A stretch of 64,000 nucleotides of DNA from Octopus vulgaris (lineage: Eukaryota), in the NCBI GenBank assembly GCA_951406725.2, contig OX597823.1:45942001-46006000 (forward strand). The letters run 5' to 3'. Shown here piece by piece: positions 41,854 to 54,299 of the stretch (position 1 is the first letter of the stretch; every line of letters begins with the position of its first letter). Made by a program: the position numbers and the translations under genes. A model generated the notes under the pieces. That model did no database searches, was not told the origin of the DNA, and saw only the letters and a program-made list of their open reading frames with translations.

Positions 41854-41977
41854 TAAAAGGAATTCCAACCTTGTCTGATTTTCACGTTTTATTTACAATC
41901 TTATAATGATATAATATAATATAATATAATAAAATAGAATAAAATAAAATAATAGAATGTTAAATGTTCATTCTGAT

Positions 41978-42022
41978 TGAACTAGTATTTTCATGCATTA
42001 AATTCTGCAATCTTCAGGTTCA
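41978..42022 (-). ncRNA. Minimal hammerhead ribozyme (left arm; one stem III substitution)
   Basis: tgaac-CTGAAGA-ttgca(gaatttaa)tgcat-GAAA-ATAC-TA-gttca. Confidence 0.75.
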
Positions 42023-42099
42023 TGTAGTAGTGGTTACAGTCATGCTTCACAATTTTTGACAGTCAAAAATTGTGAAGCATGACTGTAACCACTACTACA

Positions 42100-42144
42100 T
42101 GAACCTGAAGATTGCAGAATTTAATGCATGAAAGTACTAGTTCA
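42100..42144 (+). ncRNA. Minimal type I hammerhead ribozyme (right arm; intact)
   Basis: tgaac-CTGAAGA-ttgca(gaatttaa)tgcat-GAAA-GTAC-TA-gttca. 5-bp stem I, palindromic stem III AGTACT. Predicted cleavage after 42139. Confidence 0.88.
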
Positions 42145-42330
42145 ATCAGAATGAACATTTAACATTCTATTATTTCATTTTATTTTATTATATTATATTA
42201 TATTATATCAATATAAGATTGTAAACAAAACGTGAAAATCAGACAAGGTTGGAATTCCTTTTATTAATATATTCTTCTATACACAATCACACACACCCGT
42301 ATATCTATATATCTATATATAATATATATA

Positions 42331-42494
<164 letters not shown>

Positions 42495-42791
42495 GAGCAT
42501 GTGTATGTATATGTTTGTGTGTCAGTGTTTCGCCCCCGATGACAACCGATGCTGGTGTCTTTACGTTCCCGTAACCTAGCGGTTCGGCAAAAGCGACCGA
42601 TAGACTAAGTACTAGGCTCACAAGGAATAAGTCCTGGGGTCGATTTGCTCGACAAAAGGCGGTGCTCCAGCATGGCCACAGTCAAATTACGTTTGCAATT
42701 CCGTTTGCAACAATATCTATCTCTCTCTCTCTCTGTCTCTCTCTCTATCTATCTAACAATGAATATACATACATTCGTATATAGAGAGAAT

Positions 42792-43086
42792 CGGTTGCCG
42801 TTTTTGCCCTAGTACCTTACGAAAGAGACTGATTTCTAGGTATCCCATGACTAGGTTAGCAAGTGGGGGGGGGCAGTCTCGTACCCATCGCAGTTCCCGA
42901 TTTTTCTCGATAGAAATTGTCTTTGAAGTCAAAGTAGTTATTCCGCAAGATGAATTTTAGCTCTTCTGTTACGAATTCTTTTTTGATGCGATGGGGGAGT
43001 TCATTGGAGTAATTCTGTAACGAGAATTGAATTTCCTGTATTCCTAGGTTGTAGGGGATATTAGAATACAGGTTGACTATTTTACC
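42792..43086 (-). mobile_element. Penelope-like RT fragment (not in the ORF track)
   Basis: Manual translation: IVNLYSNIPYNLGIQEIQFSL...EFVTEELKFILRNNYFDFKDNFYREKSGTAMGTR, a frameshift in a C9 run, then ANLVMGYLE. These are PLE RT motifs 3-4. Confidence 0.88.
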
Positions 43087-43407
43087 CCCTCTATAAATTC
43101 AGGGACGATGCAACCAGTCGTCAGCGCATTTGCAAAGAGTCATATTTTAGCGCAAAATATAAACCTCTTTTGAATGTTTCCACCACAGATGACATCTTTA
43201 GTTTCATCTACTATAAGGGTCTTAGAATAATACCCACGCAAATATTAAAAACGATATATTCAGAACAGAACAATTCCAATCACTACTACTATAACCACAA
43301 CTGGTCACTTTTAGGTCATTTTACCATTTAAGAGGATTCCACCCACATCCTACTACTATCATACCACTCCCGTATTTTTACTAATCACTCTCCTTTTCCA
43401 GCTCCCC

Positions 43408-43495
43408 CTTCTTCTTCTTCTTCTTCTTCTTCTTCTTCTTCTTCTTCTTCTTCTTCTTCTTCTTCTTCTTCTTCTTCTTCTTCTTCTTCTTCTTC
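43408..43495. repeat. (TTC)n microsatellite
   Basis: Read directly from the sequence. Confidence 0.98.
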
Positions 43496-43804
43496 GGCGG
43501 CTACTGCTTCTTAAACGATCAAAACCAAAAACTCATATAAAATATAATTTTAGTACTGCTAGCAAGTCTCCCCAAGAGTAAAAAAAAAGAGAGAGAGAGA
43601 GGGGGGGCAGATAGACAGAAAAAAAGGAAAATGTCCCTTGTATTTTAAAAACTATGGAAATATTTAATAAACAAACATCTCATTTAATTTTTCCGCAATA
43701 TAATTGTTTACCATGCTTTAGTTTAAGTTGAAAAAGTTGCAAAGACTGAAATCGGTGCTAAAATGTTCTTCATGATAAAATTATTTTAGCATTTTCTACC
43801 TTGT

Positions 43805-43852
<48 letters not shown>

Positions 43853-44513
43853 CAAGCACACACACACATATATATATAAATGAAACATTTCACTGTAAAG
43901 AAACAACGACAGATTAAAAAAACATATACATATACAACCGGATGGGAAACAGACACTGAGGATCCCTAATTCTTCATCAGTTTTCAACCAAATGGTAATA
44001 GTCAGTTTCGCACCTATAATGAGAAGACTGGGGAGGGGGGAGTTCCTATATGGCAGAGAATAGGAACTCAAGCACACAAAACAAATAAATTTAATCCAAG
44101 ACGATTAACAAAGACGATGAAATAAATAGGTAACGAGCTAAATGCGGCCTTAGGGCCAAAAGGACACGAGTCGTGGGTAATGATTAGAAGAAATCCTGAA
44201 TGATGTAGACAACAGCAAATAGCGAGACGGAGAAATATTTTTGGCGACCGAACAGCTGGCTGCTGGTGTGGAAAAGGAAGCAGATGAAGGGACGTTGGAC
44301 ACGGGTCATCTTTCAGCAGCAGGTAGAGGAGAAAGGTAGACAGAGAATGACAAACAGAAAACAAGGAAAAAATGGAGGGGGAATGAGAAAGAAAAACGAT
44401 ACAAACACAAGTAAGAAGGCGAGAGAGGGAGAAAACAAATAAAGGGGAAGTGGACAGGCTAGAAATAGAAACAAGAGAGCGAGAAGGAAAAAAAAGCAAG
44501 AGTAGAGTCACAC

Positions 44514-44571
<58 letters not shown>

Positions 44572-44634
44572 TGTTAATTCAAAGATAGGCGCATGCGTAC
44601 CGCTACTTAATAAATGAAAACATTCATAATACAC

Positions 44635-44810
44635 CATCATCATCATTGTTCGACCGTGGTCGAGACAATGGAATTTACCATGCTACGCTAGACTTCACGG
44701 TCCATCATGGCATTACGGAGGTCCTGTTGCTGGATGCCTGTATCCCTGGAGATTACATCAGGGTAGAAGAGTGTGCGCCCTCTGGTATGCGAGTAGATGG
44801 CTTCCAGAGG
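44635..44810 (-). mobile_element. 3' end of an RTE-clade LINE
   Basis: RGRTLFYPDVISRDTGIQQQDLRNAMMDREV*RSMV (RTE-type L..AM.DR..WR terminus), followed by a (GAT)n tail. Confidence 0.75.
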
Positions 44811-44836
44811 AGAAGACACACACGCATAACTATATA

Positions 44837-44881
<45 letters not shown>

Positions 44882-45047
44882 CATATATATATATGGAGTT
44901 TGACATACACAGACACGTGCATAAATATATTCTTTATCTCTGTCTCTCTCTCTTTCTTATATCACCGTAATCACCGTGACCGACCAGGCTATCAGATGTT
45001 GCTACACATCGCTGGTCACAATGCGCTTCCCATTGTTTTAGCCACTT

Positions 45048-45086
<39 letters not shown>

Positions 45087-45156
45087 TACATACATATACA
45101 TATATATACATATATATATATATATACATCTTTGTGCGTGTGTGTGTGTGTGTGTG

Positions 45157-45320
45157 TCTGTTTGTCCGCCAGCCTTCGCTTGGCAACCGATGCTGGTATG
45201 TTTACGTCCCCGTAAGTGTTAGGCTTACAAAGAAGAGGCCGTGGTGTTAATTTTTTCGATTAAAACGCTTCAAGGAGGTACTCCATATTGCCGTAGTAAA
45301 TTGAGTGGAACAAGTAACAG
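45157..45320 (+). mobile_element. SINE family A, 3' half with deletion
   Basis: ctgtttgtcc...caaccgatgctggtatgtttacgtccccgtaa...gaacaagtaacagaa. Confidence 0.8.
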
Positions 45321-45343
45321 AAAAAGTGTGCATATATATATTC

Positions 45344-45436
<93 letters not shown>

Positions 45437-45442
<6 letters not shown>

Positions 45443-45833
45443 GTAAGTAGCTTGTTTACCAACCACATGGTTCCGGGTTCAGTCCCACTGCGTGGCACCT
45501 TGGGCAAGTGTCTTCTACTATGGCCTCGGGCCGACCAAAGCCTTGTGAGTGGATTTGGTAGATGGAAACTGAAAGAAGCCCGTCGTATATATGTATATAT
45601 ATATGTGTGTGTGTGAGTTTGTATATCTGTGTTTGTCCCCCCAACATCGCTTGACAACCGATGCTGGTGTGTTTATGTCCCCGTCACTTAGCCGTTCGGC
45701 AAAGAGACCGATAGAATAAGTACTGGGCTTACAAAGAATAAGTCCCGGGGTCGAGTTGCTCGATTAAAGGCGGTGCTCCAGCATGGCCGCAGTCAAATGA
45801 CTGAAACAAGTAAAAGAGTAAAAGAGTAAAGAG
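45437..45833 (+). mobile_element. SINE family A, near-consensus copy
   Basis: B-box-like gggttcagtccc, CORE-like gcaccttgggcaagtgtcttc, internal (TA)/(TG) spacer, tail (gtaaaaga)n. Confidence 0.95.
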
Positions 45834-45914
45834 TATATATATATGTATATATATATATATGTCTGTAAACACACACACACACATATATATATATACATAT
45901 ATACATGTATAGAC

Positions 45915-46310
45915 ACAGGAGTGGCTGTGCGGTACGAAGCTTTACTTCTCAATCACATGGTTCTGTGTTCAGTCCCACTTCGTCACACCTTGGGCATGTG
46001 TCTTCTACTAAGGCGTCGGGTCGACCAAAGACCTATGAGTGGACTTGGAAGACAGAAACTGAAAGAAGCCCCGTATATATATATATATATATATACATAT
46101 ATGTATGTATTTTTGTGCCTGTGATTGCCCCTCCGCGATCGCTTGACAACCGATGATGGTGTGTTTACGTTCCCTTAACTTATCGGTTCAAGAAAAGAAC
46201 CCGACAGACTAAGTACTGGGCTGACAAAGAATACATCCTAGGGTCGATTTGTTCGACTGAAGGTGGTGCTCCAGCTTGGCCACAGCCAAATGACTGAACA
46301 AGTAAAAGAG
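45915..46310 (+). mobile_element. SINE family A, full length, diverged
   Basis: Aligns to the copy at 45437 over both halves. Confidence 0.92.
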
Positions 46311-46414
46311 TGTACATATATATTCTTTTATTGTTTTATTTGTTTCTCTAAACACACTACCATCGGTTGTGAAACGATGTTGGGCGGACAAACACAAACA
46401 CACAAACATATACA

Positions 46415-46498
<84 letters not shown>

Positions 46499-46616
46499 TA
46501 AATTAGAGACAAAACCACTATTAGGCAAATCAAACAATGAAAGACTTAAGCCAATACATAAATTAATTTATATTATTTAAATATGTAACAATTAATAAAA
46601 AAAATATAATTAATAT

Positions 46617-46679
46617 CCACTACGATCGTTTCCTGGCTGCTGTCATCAAATTTTTAGGTCGCAGTCATTTATCAGGTAT
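46617..46679 (-). ncRNA. Degenerate hammerhead motif (C3/A8 mismatch)
   Basis: tac-CTGATAA-atgactgc...gcagccag-GAAA-CGATCG-TA-gtg; palindromic stem III ACGATCGT. Confidence 0.65.
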
Positions 46680-46813
46680 TTCAAAATCTGAAATATAATC
46701 AATATTTTTAAGATATAAATAATATATATAATCTAAAATAATAATTTACTTATAATAAACTCTAGTATTAAATATGATTATATCGAAATCGACTATAATG
46801 TTAAATATTAACT

Positions 46814-46932
46814 GGGCTTCTTTCAGTTTCTGTGTACCAAATACACTCACAAGGCTTTGGTCGGCCCGAGGCTATAGTAGGTGCCACGCAGTGGGACTGA
46901 ACCCGGAACCATGTGGTTGTTAAGCAAGCTGC
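46814..46932 (-). mobile_element. SINE family A, 5' half
   Basis: Reverse-complement match with a small internal deletion. Confidence 0.9.
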
Positions 46933-46959
46933 TATATATATATATATATATATATATAT

Positions 46960-47308
46960 GCGTGGCATCTTGGGCAAGTGTCTTCTGCTATAGCCCCGGG
47001 CCGACCAATGCCTTGTGAGTGGATTTGGTAAACGGAAACTGAAAGAAGCCTGTCGTATATATGTATATATTTATATATGTATGTGTGTGTGTTTGTGTGT
47101 CTGTGTTTGTACCCCTAGCATTGCTTGACAACCGATGCTAGTGTGTTTACGTCCCCGTCACTTAGCGGTTCGGCAAAAGAGACTGATAGAATAAGTACTG
47201 GATTTACAAAGAATAAGTCCCGGGGTCGATTTGCTCGACTAAAGGCGGTGCTCCAGCATGGCCGCAGTCAAATGACTGAAACAAGTAAAAGAGTAAAGAG
47301 TAAAGAGT
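46960..47308 (+). mobile_element. SINE family A, 5'-truncated
   Basis: gcgtggcatcttgggcaagtg through the tail gtaaaagagtaaagag. Confidence 0.93.
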
Positions 47309-47338
47309 ATATAAAGATAGACAGATAGACAGACAGAC

Positions 47339-47418
<80 letters not shown>

Positions 47419-47419
47419 G

Positions 47420-47805
47420 AAAAGTTGTTAGCAGTCCATACAAATCAAAAATGATAGTTAAATAAAGTAAATAAATCTTTGAAAAGGCACAGAAACAATT
47501 TAGAGAATGTTTAATAACAGGTTTATAACAGGTCTGGATGTATCCATCTTATCATATAGAAGAAATATCAGAAAGAATCTGTGCAGGAGTCAGAGAGAAA
47601 AAAACCTTTTTATGGAGTTTAACGGTTTGTACCCAAATTTGAGTTTTTAAACAACTGAGAAGTGAAGTTCATTACGAACTCCCAAAATTTATTTCTAAAA
47701 GTTCTAATAGTTGATAAGATGGCTATATCGAAACCGGTTATACTTTATTAAACATTGTTTAAAATATACTCTTGTGTGTTTTCCATCTTTTTTTTTACTT
47801 TTGTA
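47420..47805 (+). mobile_element. Highly decayed PLE 3' end between (GATA)n and (CA)n
   Basis: Remnant YPSYHIEE...VREKK..F resembles the FPFYKL...IREKYFI end of the GIY-YIG ORF at 62449. It is followed by a hammerhead-like motif. Confidence 0.5.
47706..47750 (+). ncRNA. Degenerate hammerhead motif with U3-A8 core
   Basis: TTGATAA-gatg(gcta)tatc-GAAA-CCGG-TT; stem I is disrupted. Confidence 0.55.
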
Positions 47806-47806
47806 A

Positions 47807-47883
<77 letters not shown>

Positions 47884-48025
47884 TGTATGTATAGTTTTTG
47901 TAGGAGTTAAAACTGACTTCTTAGCGCCTTTGGCGTCTACTTTTAGCATGTTGGAGAGGCTTATTTTCCGATACCTTTAACATAATTATATGATTATATA
48001 TATAATAAAAATTTAAAAAAAAAAT

Positions 48026-48026
48026 G

Positions 48027-48090
<64 letters not shown>
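48026..48090. repeat. (ATA)n microsatellite
   Basis: Read directly from the sequence. Confidence 0.98.
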
Positions 48091-48093
<3 letters not shown>

Positions 48094-48185
48094 TTAGTTG
48101 TAACAACAAAAGAAGGAGACCTCGGAATTTGAGAAATAGAGGATTACTTATATATGTTAAAAATTAGAACAAACAGTAAAAGCTC

Positions 48186-48283
48186 GTCATTATCGTACTC
48201 GGAGTTTCGAATGCTGCAAGCGAAGAGCTACGATGCATTCTCGTTGGTTCTCCGGCATTCGCAACTCCGAGTACTATAATGAC
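48186..48283. other. 98-nt GC-rich hairpin (about 30-bp outer stem plus inner stem)
   Basis: gtcattatcgtactcggagtttcgaatgctg pairs with cggcattcgcaactccgagtactataatgac, with 2 mismatches and 1 G-U pair. Confidence 0.9.
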
Positions 48284-48368
48284 AACCTCTTACTGTTTGT
48301 TTTAATTTATAACATACTATATATATATATATATACATGTGTGTGTGTGCATATATATATCAATATAT

Positions 48369-48650
48369 GTGGAGGCGCAATGGCCCAGTGGTTAGGGCAG
48401 CGCACTCGCGGTCATACGATCGCGGTTTCGATTCCCAGACCGGGCGTTGTGAGTGTTTATTGAGCGAAAACTCCTAAAAGCTCCACGAGGCTCCGGCAGG
48501 GGATGGTGGTGATCCCTGCTGTACTCTTTCACCACAACTTTCTCTCACTCTTACTTCCTGTTTCTGTTGTACCTGTATTTCCAAGGGGCCGGCCTTGTCA
48601 CTCTCTGTGTATCAACCGGAATCCTCATCGTCGTAACCGACGGAGTGCTT
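48369..48650 (+). mobile_element. tRNA-derived SINE family C (tail type 1)
   Basis: A box tggcccagtgg, B box ggtttcgattccc; body shared with 53234. Confidence 0.9.
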
Positions 48651-48771
48651 CCAACCCATATCAATATATATGTCTATATATGTATATATATTTATATGTA
48701 TATATATATATGTATATGTATATGTATATATATATGTATATACATATGTATGTATGTTATATATATATATG

Positions 48772-48835
<64 letters not shown>

Positions 48836-48909
48836 CTATATGTGTGTGTATAAATATATATGTACATAGACACATATATATGCACACACACACACACACA
48901 CACACATTT

Positions 48910-48962
<53 letters not shown>

Positions 48963-49011
48963 CATACATACATATACCGAGATAGATAGATGGATAGATA
49001 GATTGATAGAT

Positions 49012-49091
<80 letters not shown>

Positions 49092-49164
49092 TGAATATAT
49101 AGATACACATGACTGCACACATAGTTGTGTATACCCCGTCACATATATGTTTGTGTGTGTGTGT

Positions 49165-49225
<61 letters not shown>

Positions 49226-49420
49226 TAGAGAGAGAGGGAGAAAGAGGGAGGGAGAGAAAGAGGTTTGTGGATTAACATCGTTAATCCAGTCACCTCGTAA
49301 AATTGAGGTGTATGTTTAGGGTGTGTTCAATGGTGAGCTACTTGCACCTTAATTTCATGAGCAGGCCTTCCCATCGGTCGGATCAACTGAAGCACTCTTT
49401 GTCGTAACCGAAGGAGTGCC

Positions 49421-49493
<73 letters not shown>

Positions 49494-49749
49494 TTACATA
49501 TACACCAACACTCACACGCATGAGTGGTTTCTGAAAAGCTGCTATTTGTGGGTGAAAGAAAATACAGAAGGATCAGTTAATTATGATTTTACAACATAAT
49601 ATCACCTCTGATTTTCACGCTTATAGTAGTGGTCCCTTCAGTTTTCTAAGCCCTGAAAAGTACTCGGAAGGATGGGCCTCCAACCAGGCATCTCGTGAAT
49701 CCCTTAAAGCTAGGATCTTTTCAGGTTCCTCCCTTGTGTATGGATATAC

Positions 49750-49752
<3 letters not shown>

Positions 49753-49780
<28 letters not shown>

Positions 49781-49794
49781 TGTATGTATGTATG

Positions 49795-49828
<34 letters not shown>

Positions 49829-49846
49829 TGTATGTATGTATGTATG

Positions 49847-49880
<34 letters not shown>

Positions 49881-49910
49881 TGTATGTATGTATGTATGCA
49901 TGCATGTATG
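49753..49910. repeat. (TATG)n microsatellite
   Basis: Read directly from the sequence. Confidence 0.98.
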
Positions 49911-49947
49911 CGTCTATGTCGTGTGCGTGTGTGTATTCGTGTGTAGA

Positions 49948-50135
49948 GGCGCGTGGCTAAGTGGTTAGGGAATTATACTCATGATCATGAGGTTTTGATA
50001 CCTGAACTGGATGAACCGTTGCATCCTTAAGCAAAACACTTCATTTCGTGTTGCTCCAGTGAACTCATTCGTCAAAAAGTGAAGAATCTTTAGATGGACC
50101 GGCGTCGCGTTCAGCAAGGATTAAATACGCCACAG
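49948..50135 (+). mobile_element. Decayed tRNA/CORE SINE with V-like domain
   Basis: ggcgcgtggctaagtggttaggg...tccttaagcaaaacacttcatttcgtgttgctccag...gatggaccggcgtcgcgttcag. Confidence 0.65.
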
Positions 50136-50336
50136 TGTCCTAAAACAGACTATATTAGAGACCGATAATATATAGTAATGAAATTATTGTGTACAGTGCT
50201 CAGGTGCACCACAACAAAGTACCAGCTTTAAAAAATTCATTCAACTAAAAATTATTCAAAGCGGTGCTCTATCGTGGTCGCAGTCTAATGACTGAAACAA
50301 ATAGAAGATAAAAAATAAAAGACACATACACACACA

Positions 50337-50436
<100 letters not shown>

Positions 50437-50523
50437 CATATATATATATATACATATATACATATATATACATATATATACTTATATACATATATATACA
50501 TATATGTATGTATATGTATATTA

Positions 50524-50573
<50 letters not shown>

Positions 50574-50861
50574 GTGTGTATATGTTTGCATGCGTATGTG
50601 TGTATAAAGTGCTCGTGCACATAGAGTCACACACGCGCTCGTAAACAGAAGTATTAACTGAATTGTTATAAGCAACAAAATTGTCCACTTTTAAGCGTGA
50701 ATTATTTCGCATAGCAGTTGCTTTTATTTTAATACGGTAGATCTCTCATATGTTTCAAAATACACTCATAGTTAGCTAAGTGAATGGTTGCAATCCAAAA
50801 TCTTTTACCAATGCCGCATATCTCGGCAGATACATACTTCATGTGTTTAAATAAATGCAAG

Positions 50862-51030
50862 CAGCGAGCTGGCAGAACCATTAGCACGGCAGAGAAAAAT
50901 GTTTTGCGGCATTTCGTCCGTCTTAAAGTTCTGAGTTCGAATTCCTCGGAGGTCAGTTTTGCCTTTCATCCATTCGTGGTCAATAAAATAAGTACCAGTT
51001 GATTACTTGGGTAGATGTTACTGACTTATA
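50862..51030 (+). mobile_element. SINE family B
   Basis: gcgagctggcagaaccattagcacg...ttctgagttcgaattcc...gcctttcatcc...aataagtaccagtt. Confidence 0.85.
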
Positions 51031-51144
51031 TCCCGCTTCCTTCCGAAACTTCGAGATCACTCTTGTTAATGAATAATGAACTTGTACTCTATAAAACAGG
51101 AAGCCTTGTGTCAAAATTTGAAACTATTATTTAAAATAAATGCT

Positions 51145-51320
51145 GTGAGCTGGCAGAATCATTAGCTCATCAGACAAATTGCTTAGCGTCGTTTCTTCCG
51201 GCTTTATATGCTGAGTTCTGCCTTTCAAGCTTTCAAAATCGATAAAATAAGTACCAATTGAGGACTGGGGTCGACGTAATCGATCTCTCGATCCTATCAA
51301 AATTACTAACCTTGTGGCAA
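51145..51320 (+). mobile_element. SINE family B, internally deleted
   Basis: gtgagctggcagaatcattagc...tcgataaaataagtacca...ctggggtcgacgtaatcga. Confidence 0.8.
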
Positions 51321-51993
51321 ATAATAGACTATTTAAATAATACAATAATTTTTTAAAATATGTCAAATCAACTGTTATTTTCCATAAAGTAACAGTTCCT
51401 TAATCTTATTGCCCATAAATATTGTTGTGTATAACATATTCACCTATGCTTTACATGTTATCAAATATGTTAAAGGAAAAATGTTTTGTTCACATCCCTT
51501 TTATAATTACACCTTGACACCTCTTGATCAAAACCATAGATACAAAGCCATTGTCAATGAAGACGAAATTGCTACGTTTGTGAGATTCAGTTTAAATGAC
51601 ATATATTGTACCTCCCATACTCACTAGCTACTTTCTACTTCCATGTTTCTTTCTATGCAGTAGAAGCGAGTCCATGAACACACACACACAAACACACGCA
51701 CACCCCAAAATAAAAAGAGAATTAGCATAACTATTGATTTGTTATTGGAAATGAATAGCAGTATTGTTAGATGCAAAATGTCTTCAACCGAAAAAACTGT
51801 AAAAAATGTCAACTGAACTGTGTAGTTTATCACTTAAGGGACTTTGCTTAGTTTTCACTCTCCAGCCTCCCCTTTCTTCTTCAAATAAATTTTAAATAGG
51901 TGCAAAAAAAATATTGGTTTCATAGTGTCGACACGAGTCGTTTCCCTTTGATTCAACTGGAAATTACTATTGAGTCAAGCAAGTTATTTCCCT

Positions 51994-52090
<97 letters not shown>

Positions 52091-52162
52091 TGTGTGTGTG
52101 TGTGTGTTTGTGTGTGTGTATATATGTGTGTGTGTTTTTATATATCTATATATATATAGATA

Positions 52163-52229
52163 TATAAACGAGAAAAAAAGCAATTGTACTAAAATCTAAT
52201 CCATTCTTGTTGCTTTTTTCTCGTTTATA
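52163..52229. repeat. 20-bp inverted repeat abutting TA-rich repeat
   Basis: tataaacgagaaaaaaagcaa / ttgcttttttctcgtttata (one-base A-run difference), 26-nt spacer. Confidence 0.88.
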
Positions 52230-53064
52230 ATCACCCCACATTATTGTATGGTTAATACCATATAGTTTTCTGGTGCATCTAAGTTAAGTACCGCATTCAA
52301 GTGAATTCATTAGAACTGACTTGAATCTTAATTGCTTTTACTTATATATATATATATACGTATTCTTTTCTCTATCCTTCTTAATTAAAAACTATAAATA
52401 TTCAAATTGTTGCCTTCGACTACTCCTGTCCAGAACTACATTTTCAAACGTATTTTCGAACGTAGCCATTTCATATATGAAGAAAACAGCCCGTGATGTG
52501 ATGGAGATTTCGTTGATATTTTTGCAGGCCTTGGGTCAATGTTAAGCCATACATGCTGGCACATATAAACATAAAGTTTACGGGGTTGGTTATGAAGTCA
52601 TTTCTTATAATTCAATCTTATATTGTTTACAAATGACTGGAAATGTTAGTGAAGTGACGTAAACCTGGCCAATGGGAAAGATATTATTGATTAAATTCAA
52701 AGGCACTGAATACGAAAGAGCACGCGACAAAGATAAATGCCTAAGCATAGGGATTAAATGATTTAAATTGAGAAAGGTGAATGTCAATTTCCAGTGGGTG
52801 CATGCACGTGCGCGTGTGGGCGTGCGTTCTTGTGTATGCGCATGTACACAGACACACACAGACGCACACGCACACACATACATACATATGTATGTATGTA
52901 TGTATGCATGTATGTATGTATGTATGTATGCATGTATGTATGTATGTATGTATGTATGTATGTATGCGTGTTTGTATGTATATATGTATGTATATATCTA
53001 TGTATATATACACCACGCATATACAAGCATGTATGTATAAACATAATGGGTATATGTATAAATG

Positions 53065-53130
<66 letters not shown>

Positions 53131-53233
53131 GCCCTGATGCAGTACCAGGCAGTGGCTCTCGTGGCTTCTGATCTTAACTGATTGGAAATAACGATATAAT
53201 CAAACATAAAACTAGCTTAAAGGATTCACCTAT

Positions 53234-53551
53234 GTGGAGGCACAATGGACCAGTGGTTAGGGCAGCGGCCTCACAGTCGGAGGATCGCGGTTTCGATTCT
53301 CAGATCGAGCATTGTGTTTGTTTATTGAGCGAAAACACCTAAAAGCTCCACGAGCTCCAGCAGAGGGTGGGCGGCCCCTGTTGTACTCTTTCGCCCCAAC
53401 TTTCTCTCACTCTCTCTTCCTGCTTCTTGAGTAACACTGCGATGGACTGACGTCCCGTCCAGCTGGGGGGAACACATACGCTACAGAAAACGGAAAACCG
53501 GGCCTACGAGCTTGGCTAGGCTTGAAAAGGGCGCATAAATAAATAAAAAAA
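53234..53551 (+). mobile_element. tRNA-derived SINE family C (tail type 2, V-SINE-like domain, A-rich end)
   Basis: Head as at 48369, then ctgcgatggactgacgtcccgtccag...gcgcataaataaataaaaaa. Confidence 0.88.
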
Positions 53552-53927
53552 GGATACATCTTTGAAAATGGCTGTGTTTCATTGGTTCTTTCAAGTAACG
53601 GTCTTATAAATTCTTCTTATTGTAAAATCGAAGGAAACCTTACATCGAAGGACAGATTCCAAATACATATGGTAAATAATTATATACCAAATATAAATCA
53701 ATTAATACATTTAAATTAAAATTATAAATTTTCACTTTGTATAACATAAATATTTTTTCAGCAGTATATGCACATACTAAACCATCTATGATACACATAT
53801 ATACACTAAAATATACAGATGCAACTACGTAGTTATATACATATATAGATAAGACATAAATATACACACAAATCCACATATGCATCTGTATATACGCACA
53901 CATGCACGCGCACAAAATCACTTGGTA

Positions 53928-54062
53928 AACTTCTTTCAGTTTCCGTCAACCAAATCCACGAGGCTTTGGTCGGCCCGAGGCTATAATAGAAAACATTTGC
54001 CCAAGGTGCTTCGCAGTGGGACTGAGCCCGGAACTACTTACCACACAGACACTCCTACGCCC
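53928..54062 (-). mobile_element. SINE family A, 5' half
   Basis: Reverse-complement match. Confidence 0.87.
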
Positions 54063-54299
54063 ATATATTTGCATACGACTAGACACATATGATTACGCGT
54101 ATAAATATAAGAAAATAAGTACGCAAATACGTATATACACTTATGTATATACATCCATGTACGCATGTACATGAATATACACATACACGTATACTTACAC
54201 ACATACACAGACACACACATACATATGCATACCCACAATACACACATACACATAAAAACATATCTAGATCATAACGTATATATACAAGCAATTTTTTAA

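Larger units (their letters stand above)
41846..42272. mobile_element. ~427-bp near-perfect palindrome (inverted PLE pseudo-LTR-like insert) in (TA)n
   Basis: The arms meet at a single-base centre (aatttttgac-a-gtcaaaaatt, 42061) and differ by only a few substitutions and indels. Confidence 0.95.

Noticed and set aside
43090-43125. TATA box plus initiator-like sequence (also tataaata at ~21639)
   Set aside because: Expected by chance in AT-rich DNA; no downstream gene evidence.
43963-44069. CTGAGGA/CTGATGA motifs and a 10-bp hairpin gagttcctat/ataggaactc (44040-44069)
   Set aside because: No complete hammerhead topology can be drawn, and the hairpin alone is uninformative.
45247-45657. Recurrent ORF motif [20 protein letters not shown]...HLPKVPRSGTEPGTMWL
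   Set aside because: Antisense translation of SINE family A; it recurs because of SINE copy number.
48369-48445. Possible tRNA gene (A and B boxes)
   Set aside because: No proper acceptor stem, and it continues into a SINE body shared with 53234; it is a SINE head.
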